NCBI GenBank assembly: GCA_017499595.2
Contig: CM039009.1
Span: 1,054,001-1,118,000 of the forward strand
Source of the DNA: Psilocybe cubensis
Taxonomy: Eukaryota
Length of the DNA: 64,000 nt
Direction of reading: 5' to 3'
A program made the translations under genes and the position numbers. Within the stretch, counting starts at the first letter, position 1. The number at the start of each line of letters is the position of its first letter. Below, piece by piece: positions 53,346 through 64,000 of the stretch. Below the pieces are notes generated by a model that ran no database searches, was not told the DNA's origin, and worked only from the letters and a program-made list of their open reading frames with translations.

Positions 53346-56030
53346 ATGAGCCTTCAGACAAGGCCTTTGAGTTCCAAAGATATTACTGGGTACGTTGCGG
53401 TTTAGCTCTATGCTTCCCAATATTGTGATTATTCCAAAATGACCCCACAATCCTTGTCAGTCGACATAACTCAGTTGGCAGAGTCCAAATTCTGGACGGA
53501 AAGCTGGTGTATTCCCCCAACTGTTCGCGGACCCTCTCTCACATTCCGACCGTTTCTGAAGATCCTACGAGTAATATATTTCTTCCATCACTTACCGGAG
53601 AGAGAAATCCACACTATAACTTTTCAAGCCTTCGATTATCGGATTATCAACAACCTCAATGGTGGACTCTGCATTGGGGCTGGATATCGTTTATTTCATG
53701 TTATCCTCGCTTCACCGGGCACATTTTTGGTATTCTCTCGTACCTTCCACGGGCACATGAACTCATCGAGTCTCAGGATCCTGTATCATACTCCATGCCT
53801 AACAAAGTTGCCTGCCAATGGTCCGCTTTGGAGGGAGACATATATCGAATATGTCATCACCTAGGAGTCCTGACGAATAAACCCATTGTAAAACCAGTTC
53901 TACCTTTTTCATTTGGATACAAAAAAACCCATTCCTCGCGATCCAAAGCATTGTTTGCCATCGAACAATCCAGAAACTGGTTTGTGGTTTGGATGGCGCT
54001 ACTAGCCTATCTGGTTGCTCAAGCCCGCGGAAAGCCCGAGCAAGATACCGAGCAAACTGACTTGTTGTCGTATTTGGCATCGAAAGGATGCAACACTGCA
54101 TGGTTGGAAGCCTTCTCCCTCTCAGGTGTCTTTGATTTCGCTGATGGAACGAGAGCCGGCACCTTTGTCGATGCACAGAAAAGGGCATATTCGCAGCCTT
54201 CAATTGAATGGCTCTGTGAATTTGGAGTTCCAGTCTGGTACATATGGTACCCGGAATACAATGAAATAACTCAGATGAAGGGCCTTTCTCCTCCCTGTCA
54301 TGAAGTTCAATCAGTGGCGACTATTATTTTCACCTCACCCTCAGCACATTCTTCCCTTTTTAATTCGCCTAAATCTCTGGGAGAAAGTTGGCAAGAATTC
54401 TTCGCGGCTCGGGAAGAACGTAACAAAAGGACACAGGCAGCAGAAACACATCACCAACGTCAATGTCGATTGAATCGCAAGAAAAATCCACCACAGACAG
54501 CAAAGGTTTTTGAATGGGTAAAAGACATTTCGGGAACCCTGGTTCGTGAACCGGTTGCTCAACGAGAACGAGCGGGACGGATGGCAATTTACGCCAAAGA
54601 TCAGATACGCTACGACTCTTTCGCTAATGAATATGACTGTTGTGAAGAGTTTGGACCTGGATTTAAACAATGGCGTAGTTTGGAAGAAGGAAAAATGGAT
54701 TATGACGTGTTGTCCACCTTTGACAATGAGGTTATCTTATCCGAAATGCTGAAAGGAATACCCACATCGTTGTCCGTAGCCATTGAAAACGACGATGTTT
54801 CGGAGTGGCTTCCACGCCACGTTCTCCCTGCCAGGGGCCAGTCAATCAGCGATCGCGCTGAGGAAGAAATACTTGAAACTTTGCGCCTTTACTGTGGATT
54901 TACTCCACCTTTACCATGTCCGGACGGAACGCCTATTTCTTCAATAGCTGATCAACACAACTTCCTCAAGTTTATTGGCATTCCTTGGAAATCATGTCCT
55001 GTTGATATTTTTGCAAAACCACGGATTATAGCTGCCGTTGGGTTTGTTCGTCGGTTGAGCATTCAGTCTGCTATTCCTGACGATCAATGGGACCTCAATC
55101 GCTGTCATACAGAGTACCTTGGGCACAGTGTGCGATTCAAAAGTTTACGAATTGTCAGACAGGTGACTGATAGATCAAAAATGTTCTATATGTTTGACTT
55201 CGAACCGCATAACACTGACGAATGGAAGCTGACAATGACCTCGGCATCCGATGCAATGCTCGTTTGCAGGCTGGACTTACACATGGATAAAGTGGATATA
55301 GCCCTTTTTTAGTGCAGAATGGGGTTCCGTTCTACACTGTCCGCTTGTCAGACTCTCTACAACCTACGCCCTCAAAAAACCGGCATCATCTGCAACCAGC
55401 TGTGGAATATCCATACCGCTCAGCAGGTTATCAGTTCACCATAGATGATTATGCAGTGTATATTGAACGAACTACGCGTCTACTCAGCGGGCCTATGGGT
55501 CGCATCGCTTTGATGAAGGGTGGCTATCTGTGGAGATTAGCAGTTACTGTGGTCAGTTTCGAAAGCGTCCTCACCGGCCCCGTTGTTCGCAGTGATGAGG
55601 AACTCTTGGTAGTTACTGATAGTGAAGAACAATATTGTGACAATGAGCTGACGCCTCAGGAGCTGGAGATTCTTAGTGGAGTTTATCACTGCCATACAGG
55701 TGAGCTTGATTTCTCGTATTTATGGTGCGATATGTTTAACTAGTTTTAATAGGACAAGGTAACCAAATTGCTAAAAGATCATGGTACCCTACCCCACAAA
55801 AACATGAATACCCTGGACAAGGTTATGGAAGATGGACATCCAACTCGGAGGTACTATTTGATTTATTCAAGAGTAGAAATTCTACCTCTAGCGATTTTTG
55901 CTTGCAAAGACAACCGCTCCCTGGCAATAAGTGGCGTGATGCTATTCGTGGGAGCGGTGAGCTTCGACGTGCAAAACTACGGATGGAAAATACCTGCTTA
56001 ACCCTCAGCTCATTTGCATGTTCTACTTGA
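53346..56030 (+). CDS. Large hypothetical protein; carries an apparent 1-nt frameshift at 55305-55310
   Basis: Exon 1 53346-53389, intron to 53460, about 1.85 kb open exon, frame change at the T6 run, then MKGGYLWRLA...ELEILSGVY...TG|QGNQIAKRSWYP, stop at 56028-56030. Confidence 0.65.
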
Positions 56031-56595
56031 AATGACCGTCGCCAATTCAAATATTCTCATTTATCACATACAAGCTAACTAAAATGAAGACTAAGGAGTC
56101 GAATAGGGGCCAGGTTCAGCTGTGTAATGAAAGACAGTTGATTGGGGGCCTGGGGCATTCTTGGTTGGCCACTAGATTTACACTCAGACCTTAAGCTTAA
56201 GGCTGATCGAGACGCCCACAGGGAAGCAAGAGCAAATCAAAAAACAATCAGAAAAGCATTTTTTGATTTTTTAGAGCTCCGATTAAAACGAACTTGGCGA
56301 TGGGTAGACATGCTGACTCAGCACCCGCTCTTGCTAACTTACTTCGCCCTACTAGTCAAACCTAAGCAAGAAGCTCTATCTGGCGACAAAGCTTGACGGA
56401 GAATACGTCTGCTTACTCATAGAGTATAAGCTTCCACTACCAGGGGGAATTAAACTAGGGTAAGCCTTGTTAAATGCCTTTTTGTGGCACCCGAATCCAC
56501 ACTGATCAGCAACTTCATCAGTCTTCTGGTTTAATAGCTCAGCAGCATCCCTGGTATCTCGGTGCAAACTTTAAAGTACATCTTGTTGGATCACC

Positions 56596-58287
56596 ATGAT
56601 GTCGGGAAGTGCAACAGAGGAGACAACCGTGTTGGCTGACGCAGCATCCTCCCCCATAAGCTCACTGTGCTACGAAGTTCTTTGGACAATCTTTAGGACG
56701 AATGCTGATATTCATTGGAATCGGGCCCCTATGAACGTTATGCAAATGAAGTACTATTACGGTCCTCGGAGTCTGGATATGCTGCGGTATTCGTCACAGG
56801 TTTGTCGACAATGGCGAGAAATAATTCTTGAATCACCATCACTATGGGGCATGGCCATTGAACTGGATTTGTTGATTCATAAAAAGGAGAGTCTATGGGC
56901 CAAAGAAGTTATGAAAAGGACAGAAAAATCAAAGCTCTACATTTCTGGATGGTTTAATGGTTCTAAACCCGCGCCCCGCACTTTTTTCGCATCACTGCTC
57001 AGCGAAAATTGGGAACGAATCAGGCGAATCGACGTCGGAATTACAAAAGCTAAACACCTCGATCCAGAAATGTGGGGCGCTTTATTTAGACCATCAGAAT
57101 GTTTGGAAATCATCCGAATTCATGTGGATGAAGATGAAGTACCATATCCAAGGATGGACCACGATGGCCAAGGCCCCATCTTTTCTGGCACTGCTCCAAC
57201 GCTTTATGACTTCTCTGTACACAATATTCCAGCACAATGCTTCTCACTTTCCTCACCGTGGTTGAGCCAGTTACGTAGGTTGGTGATATCAACTCCCTCT
57301 GCGTTTAATGCAACAGATATTCTTGTCGCACTTGGTCGGCTCTCTGCTCTTGAACATCTGGTGTTGAAACATGTATTACCACCGGTCAAGGAACAGCTAC
57401 AATCTGTATCTCTTCCCAACCTTCGTTCTTTAAATATTTCCAAAGACTTCACCACCTCATCGTTTCTTTTGAAGTGGATTAATCCTGGAGTCGGGTCTAC
57501 TCTCCAGCTAAATCTGCATGGATACGACCTTATACTCCATCATGATATGTTTAGTTTGTGCAAAGAGATACCGCGATATTTTGACAATTTCTTCGAATGC
57601 GCACCATTTGCCAAGTGTATGCTTTTGGAGCCTGGGTATAACCGCTTCAAAGTCGATGGTTGGAAGTCCGTTGACGGGATCGACTCTTTATCGAGGCGTG
57701 GAGACTTTTCCGTCTCTGTTTCCGGGGGAACGGCGGAGAGACGGTCACAAACGACGAGGCCACAACAATTAATAGCCTCCTTGGGTGCATGTGGTTTTAC
57801 ACACGTAACCAGATTTGCATTTGAACCCACCGAGCACCTGGCGCGTTTAGAAGATCAATCCGCATTTATACCATTATTATCTGGTCTCCGATCCGTAAAC
57901 CACTTAATGGCATCACCATATGCACTTGGTGCGCTGGTAGAACTCCAAGAAACAGCTTCTGATCTTTTTTTCCCGGCCTTAACAAGACTTCAATTCATCA
58001 CAGGTTTATGGCAAGAACCAACTCCTACTTATCACACTGACCCAGTTTTCCGTTTTATCGAGTCGAGGCGTGAATCTGGAAAGCCTATTTCAGTGTTCGA
58101 CGTATCGGAGTCAAGATACAATGAGCAATACCTAGACTGGACATATCTGGACAAGATTACCGGCCTGAAAGTAACATGGTCTGATGACGAAGGGGATTTG
58201 AAGGAATACATCTGCGGCACAGGACAGCCAGAGAAACTCAATTTGCGAAAGAAATGGAGCACGCCATGGCAGCGCATCGAACTTTAG
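56596..58287 (+). CDS. F-box-like domain protein with RNI/LRR-like repeats (intronless)
   Basis: SPISSLCYEVLWTIF...SQVCRQWREIILESPSLW; repeats LRRLVI, LEHLVL, LPNLRSLNI, FPALTRLQF. Confidence 0.85.
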   Translation: MMSGSATEETTVLADAASSPISSLCYEVLWTIFRTNADIHWNRAPMNVMQMKYYYGPRSLDMLRYSSQVCRQWREIILESPSLWGMAIELDLLIHKKESLWAKEVMKRTEKSKLYISGWFNGSKPAPRTFFASLLSENWERIRRIDVGITKAKHLDPEMWGALFRPSECLEIIRIHVDEDEVPYPRMDHDGQGPIFSGTAPTLYDFSVHNIPAQCFSLSSPWLSQLRRLVISTPSAFNATDILVALGRLSALEHLVLKHVLPPVKEQLQSVSLPNLRSLNISKDFTTSSFLLKWINPGVGSTLQLNLHGYDLILHHDMFSLCKEIPRYFDNFFECAPFAKCMLLEPGYNRFKVDGWKSVDGIDSLSRRGDFSVSVSGGTAERRSQTTRPQQLIASLGACGFTHVTRFAFEPTEHLARLEDQSAFIPLLSGLRSVNHLMASPYALGALVELQETASDLFFPALTRLQFITGLWQEPTPTYHTDPVFRFIESRRESGKPISVFDVSESRYNEQYLDWTYLDKITGLKVTWSDDEGDLKEYICGTGQPEKLNLRKKWSTPWQRIEL

Positions 58288-58493
58288 TGTCAAGGTTCCT
58301 TTCTCTTCTCTCGTCTCTTTTCCTCGATATAAAAATATTACAATTTGTACTGTGTCTTGTTTCTCATCTTGTTTTTTCTTTTACTGCTCAATCAAACGTT
58401 CTGCCCGTCGATCCTTCCTAAAATATACATTAACTTTTCTGATTCCATTGGCTTTATCATAACCGTTTCTTCATTGCTGAAAGATTGGAGTTG

Positions 58494-59396
58494 TTACAGA
58501 ACTGTTTCGTACTTCTTTAGATTAGCCATCAGGGTCTTCCAACGCCCTCCATGCCATGTCATCATGTCCTGCCACTTGTCGCTATCCTCTCCCCAAATTA
58601 TGCGCAACCATATAGTATAACCCGCAATAACCAGGTCTCCCCAGCTTAGCGTATCGCCCATCAAGAAGGGGGTTCTCCTCTCCGCCACTGTCTTCCCCTC
58701 CGAGTCTTCTCCAAATATGTCGGTTTTTGCATACCACCCATCCAAAATCCCCGTTACTTCCTTGAACTTGCTCCAGCCCGCCTTGTCCTCCTCCGATCCA
58801 GGCTTGGGAAAGACGTCCTCCAGTCGCTTCCCAAATCTCTCCTCCCTCGTCCTGCGGAAGTATGGCTGGCTCGCGACATTTAGCTTCGTATATACGGCGG
58901 GGACAATGAAGTCTGCAACTCCATCGTCTCTTGTGGTGACATTGTATGCCGTCGTGAATGCAACCTGCAGCGCGTGCGTGTTATTTGGGAAGAGCGACGG
59001 CGACGAGGGCGACGGTGGATACGCATGCTCGAGATACTCGACGATGCGCAATGAATCTGCGAGGTATGTGTTCGTTTTTGGGTCATAGATCGCCGGTAGG
59101 CTATAATAGTCTCTCTCGATAACCTCTGGGCCATTTGTGAACCTGGTCTTGCCTGTGGGCTTGATCCCGTGTTTGATACAGTGCTCCTTAATGTCCGGGT
59201 ACTCGATCCATTCCGTCTTGTATGGGATGTTTCGGTAATTAAGTGCATACCTGAAATTGAATCGCGAAATTCCAGGATTAGTATCATGATTGCTGTCTCG
59301 ATAATTCTCTGGACTGATTGACCTTATCTTCCAGGTATTGGGAGACCATGCGCATTCGGGTGTGGTCGATGGGATATCGTAGAACGTGATTGTCAT
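58494..59396 (-). CDS. Glutathione S-transferase, fungal GSTFuA/etherase-like class
   Basis: MTITFYDIPS...WSPNTWKIR|YALNYRNIPYKTEWIEYPDI, YSLPAIYDP, DSLRIVEYLE, SQPYFRRTRE, FLMGDTLSWGD, WHGGRW; intron 59251-59322. Confidence 0.9.
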   Translation of the reverse strand: MTITFYDIPSTTPECAWSPNTWKIRSISPENYRDSNHDTNPGISRFNFRYALNYRNIPYKTEWIEYPDIKEHCIKHGIKPTGKTRFTNGPEVIERDYYSLPAIYDPKTNTYLADSLRIVEYLEHAYPPSPSSPSLFPNNTHALQVAFTTAYNVTTRDDGVADFIVPAVYTKLNVASQPYFRRTREERFGKRLEDVFPKPGSEEDKAGWSKFKEVTGILDGWYAKTDIFGEDSEGKTVAERRTPFLMGDTLSWGDLVIAGYTIWLRIIWGEDSDKWQDMMTWHGGRWKTLMANLKKYETVL

Positions 59397-59985
59397 TTGC
59401 GCCGTCGGATATCTATACGGTGGAATCAAACGAGGTCGAAGGAATATGGCTGTGGTTTCTTGCTTTAAAAGTGTCTTGGTAAGAAACAGCGCCCGCAGTA
59501 TTTAACCACATGTTTTTCTATGTCGACTTTCTAATACTTCCAAGTCAGATGGCCGTATGACGACAGGGCGGTATCTGAAGACCGAGTTATATTTAGATCA
59601 CGGAGGAGGACATCCAAGAAAAACACAAATAGGTACACAACGTATGTATGACTATCAGTAGCTATCATATACACAGCAACAAAACACGAGTTACACAAAT
59701 AACGAGAACAAGTTAACCAAGACTCGGCTACTACTAATAAGTATGAATGTACGTCAATGCCAAATAGAATGAGCCAAAGCGAGAGAACAGCGCGTAGGTT
59801 TTCTTCATTTCTTGCAGTTCTTTGTAAATTAGAATATAGTAGGGTGGGGTTCATTAGACGCAACAACACATCACACATCACCTGCCAAAAAGCGATTCTT
59901 TCCCTCTTAGCGCGCAAACGACTAGTACAGTAGAGCAAACACAGAGTTTACAATGCACAGCAGCGAACCAATGACAGCTTCAGGA

Positions 59986-62020
59986 TTACTCCTTCTTGAC
60001 CTTCTTAGCTTGGAAAGCTTCAAGGGCCTTCAAGCGTTCGGTCAGAGTAGGATGTGAGTGGTGATACGCCGAGTATCTAAATTCAAAGGCAAAGACAGTC
60101 AAATTATGCAAGAAACATGAGGGCATTGAATAAAACAACTCACAGCCAATCAACCCAGACTGTCGACAAGTTCTTGATATGAAGCGCAATAAGCGCCCTT
60201 CCAAGACGCTCTCCCATGTCGCCCATACCCTTACCCTCGACCTCGCCGAGTTTCTCTTCAAGCTCAACCGCAAAGCGGTCGGCCTCCCATTCAAAATGTC
60301 TGCTCACTGCGTTCATAAGGATGCTCACGACAGCCTCGACGGGTGTCAGAATCATCTGGAAGAGCAAGAACGCGACAATTGTGGGTGACTGCGCTGCGAC
60401 GGCCTTGGGGAAGTCAAACGCGCGCAGGAGGGGCGGCGCGTGCAAAAAGGCGGGGAAGAGTGCGAGGATGCCGAAAATGTGTACCTGAGAGATGGCCATT
60501 AGTTTTGTGGGGTGTAGGTAGTACCAGTGTCCGAGCTCGTGGGCTGTGCGTGTACGCGAGTGGTTGGGCGTGCATGTGGCCAGTGTATAGATAGATTAGA
60601 TAGACCGTGGATAATAAATGGACAAGATAGGATAATAGGCAGGATGTATGATGTATAGTTGGCAGTCAGCGTCTGTTTCATTGCAGCGTGGCCGACATGG
60701 GCGGATGAGAATGTGACTCACCAAGAACGGCTTCTACTTCCTCAGGTTTGCTTTGTTGGATGAGCGTATCGAAAATGACGATGTGCTTACTCTGCGGACG
60801 GTCAAGCATGTCAGCCGCGATTGGTAGGAATAATTACAAGGAAGTGGGCTCTACTGACCCATGGGAGCCCAAAGAAATAGGCGTTGCTATGAGAGCTGCG
60901 CTTCGAGCCGTCAATTTCGTACAGATGCTTAAGCGGGAATTTGAGTTTGCCAGCAAGTCCCTCAATCCTAGTGCGAAGCTCGCCCTCTGGTAGAGGGGAA
61001 AGCTTGTTGAAGAGAGGTTGAATAACTGTAGGGTACAGGATCACCATGACCAACTGGAACGAAATCCTAAATCATCCCAATCATATCAATAAAACTGCGC
61101 AGAAGCCAAAAAAAGATGCAACCGTACATGAAGGCCATCAACCAAGGGACGAAACGGTCACCGGCCCATTGGAAGATATACAAAAAGGCTGCGAGGAAAG
61201 GAGCACCGAGCATGAAAGCAACGCCCCAGCCTTTGAACAGGTCAGAGATGAAGAGCGCCGGTGTAGTTTTGTTGAAACCGTGTTTTTCTTCTAGTACGAA
61301 TGTACCGTAGACTTGAAGAGGAAGACCAGGAAGAGACGAGCCGAAGAAGAGAATAAAAACGAATCCGATAGATTGAAGGATCTGTGTGAGGTGTGTAAGC
61401 GCATACGTCGCTCGCAAGGTCTGTCTAGCCTTCTGACTCGATGGCACGTCCGCGTATACAGGCATTCTATAGACCTTTACAAGGTCCGAAGAAGGCACAT
61501 ATAACAACACATGCTTACCTGGTATTCAGGCCCATATCCAACTTTTGCTAGCAGTGCTCCCGCCGCGCTCCACGACCACGCGTAAAAGCCGTATTGCAGC
61601 ATAAGAGAGTCGGTAGCCTGCTTGTAGATACCCGAGAACAGCGCAAACCTGGCCTTGTCTTTGCCATAAGCCTGCGATTTTTCAAAGACGCCTTTGTCGA
61701 AGTGCTTGGCGAGCACCTCCGGAGGCGACGTTTTGGAGTAGAGAGGATATTGGCGAATCCTGTGTTTTAGGTTTGTTAGTTCTGTTATCTAGAGGATGAA
61801 TGAAGAAATGAAAACAAAGATATTGAGGACTCTGAGCGTATCTCCGGCCTAGAAATTTCCCCACACAGTGAATAAATCATTCTACTTACAGGAGGTACGA
61901 CTCGAAGATGCTAACAGCCCATGAGAATGTCTGGACATAGAATTTCCAGGGAATGTCTTCCACTGCTACGAAGGCCAATTTGCGCTGGATAATGTCCAGC
62001 TGGGAGTGGAGGAGATCCAT
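59986..62020 (-). CDS. STE24: CAAX prenyl protease 1 (peptidase M48A)
   Basis: FVLEEKHGFNKTT, IDGSKRSSHSNAYFFGLP, HELGHW (HExxH), SRHFEWEADRFA, YHHSHPTLTERL. Confidence 0.95.
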
Positions 62021-63259
62021 GTTGTGATGGGGGTTGGGACCAAGTTGGGACAGGGCGGAAGAAACGCGACGTGGCGACGTGTTCGATAAATAGGCACAGC
62101 CACTGATCCCCACTACAACTACACCTTGTACTCATACAACCAACGTCCTTCCATCACCGGTCCACATAATGCCCTTGTGGTACCATCCCTACGGGCCCAC
62201 TAGGATAAATTTGCCACCACCTATACAAGGAGTGCCCTGCCTCATTGTTTGATCTCTGACTCATGTGGGGGACATCTGTTTCAGGGATGTAGCAACTTCA
62301 AAATCTGAAGAGGCCAAAAACTTCGACGACCAGCCTTTTGCTTTATTTTTTCTCTATAGTTAGAGTCGATTGTCAACGTATAGGCTTTCATCTTCTTTTT
62401 TGTTGTTGTGTTATGTTGATTTCTTTGGCCAATCTGACTTTAGGCGCCGCGAAGTCTCACGATGCAGTCGCAGCCTGATCTCTTGCGTTGGCTCTTGCGT
62501 TCCGGCTTTCCAGTAGCATGGATCAGCACATGCACCGAAGAAAAACAATGCTGCGGCACGACATTACTCGTAGGCAACTTAATTGGGATTTTTTATAGTA
62601 CGGATGACAGAGCTTTCACACATGCGAGTCCGATGGAAATTGTCAGTCTTCATGACACAGACAGTGGATATCATGACGAAATGTGCCACAAATTCGGAAA
62701 GCTGACTTACATGTTTTATTCTAACCGTCCAACAAGAGATGGTCTATAAATCCATCTGGAAGCAGATGAAGCGAACGCCAATGTTTTCCTTGTATTCAAA
62801 ATGATCCCGCGTGGTACCACAGAGATTTTAAACTGCGAGAATTAAATGAAGAAATCGCATCGCTGAATTAGGAATGTGAGTACCAGTGTTTTATTAAAAG
62901 CAGTCTTGACTTAGGGCGGTGATGATTGCCCTCCACGCAGCGTAGTACTCGCAGTAAGAATTGTTTCATCTTTAAAAACCCTGTTAATAGCATGATCCCT
63001 ACGGGAATACGACGTTCATCAAAGATGTGGCCGTCCATCGCTTCTTACTTGGGAATTCTTTGGGCTGCTGGTATCGCGAAGCCTCCCGACCCGTGCGCCC
63101 AGCGTAGATGCATGACGTTTTGTCAAATCTTCATCCACGCTGTCAAAACAGTCATTCACATAAGCCAGAGTTTAGGAAACTATATGAATGAAGTCTATTC
63201 CCTCACAAGATGCGATATTGTCCACAGGTGTCCCGCTATAGCGAATTCTTCAAATAGCT

Positions 63260-64000
63260 GCTACCATACTCTATCTGTCTCCATTGCACGCAAAGGGATA
63301 TCCTCGTTGACATGATTTGGACCACGATTATCACCGAGAACGATGGCTCGTCTGAGTTGCTTCGAGACAACTCGAAGTTGCTTACTTTCTGAAGGGGTTG
63401 CATGTTCTCGCAATTGAATAATACTTCAATAAATCATGAAGATCAAGATCAACGCACAAGTGATAAATGAGAATACTTACAATCTGCAGGCCTTTAGACG
63501 TATGATAGGGTTAAAACATTGGCAAGGTTTTGAACTCAGCACGACGGTACTGGTACACACCGTCAAAGGAGAAACTAGCTTACCAGGATGTTTGGAAGCA
63601 TCACTAAAATTGCGTAGGACATTGAAGCAGTTTCATATATTGGCCTGAGTTTGTGCAAAAAGGTGAGAAATCTACGACGGTTCTGCAGAACCCGCAGAAA
63701 AAGTTCTGAAATGTAGCAAACCACTTACTTGAGAATTGCTACCAGCGCGAGACCGTACACTAGAAGCAGCAGACTGTAGAATCCCAGACCTGATAGTAAA
63801 AATATTAATAAAAAGTGGAAATGGAACTCTTTACTGTTCACGACACACATTGATAAAGAAAAAGTTGTCCAAGTTTTCCGTAAATGCTTCGTGTCCGACA
63901 ACAGTGCTGTGGAAGCGGACGATAACAGAAGGTTGTACAAAGTATCAGGTCTTGTCTTTGTAGAAAAAGAGATCAATACCTTACCGCGACAATAACAAAT
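63260..64000 (-). CDS. 3' part of a multi-exon fungal membrane protein gene (runs off the window)
   Basis: GTAAG donors and short exons LGFYSLLLLVYGLALVAILK|PIYETASMSYAILVMLPNIL|ACR; the phase of the last exon is uncertain. Confidence 0.4.

Noticed and set aside
50955-62020. STE24 plus a prenylated Rab as a mating-pheromone locus
   Set aside because: I found no STE3-like receptor or short CAAX pheromone precursor; both are housekeeping genes.
62100-63250. Short ORFs upstream of STE24
   Set aside because: No motifs, coherent splice pattern or coding-like composition; treated as intergenic/UTR.

Overview
Gene-dense eukaryotic DNA with many short (about 50-70 nt) GT-AG introns, typical of an agaricomycete (mushroom-forming basidiomycete). 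About 24 gene models can be reconstructed by hand: two tandem mpaB/rubber-oxygenase-like genes, a TVP38-like gene, a multi-dsRBD-like protein, a PhyH dioxygenase, a head-to-head pair of SUMO-like genes, an EamA transporter, a Gfd2/YDR514C-like protein, two class I hydrophobins flanking beta-tubulin, a 57-aa five-exon microprotein, URA2, a TGL1-like lipase, MET17, RAB18, YAE1, an F-box protein, a GSTFuA-like GST and STE24. The most striking non-genic structure is a 2463-bp DNA-transposon-like insertion (7798-10260). It has an exact 9-bp target site duplication (TCGGACTTC), 23-bp imperfect GGGCA-started terminal inverted repeats, two GCAAGTGCA minisatellite arrays and an intron-containing cargo gene with no recognisable transposase. 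It sits about 145 bp upstream of the dsRBD-like gene. Exon boundaries were inferred by eye and family calls come from motif recognition; no database searches were run.
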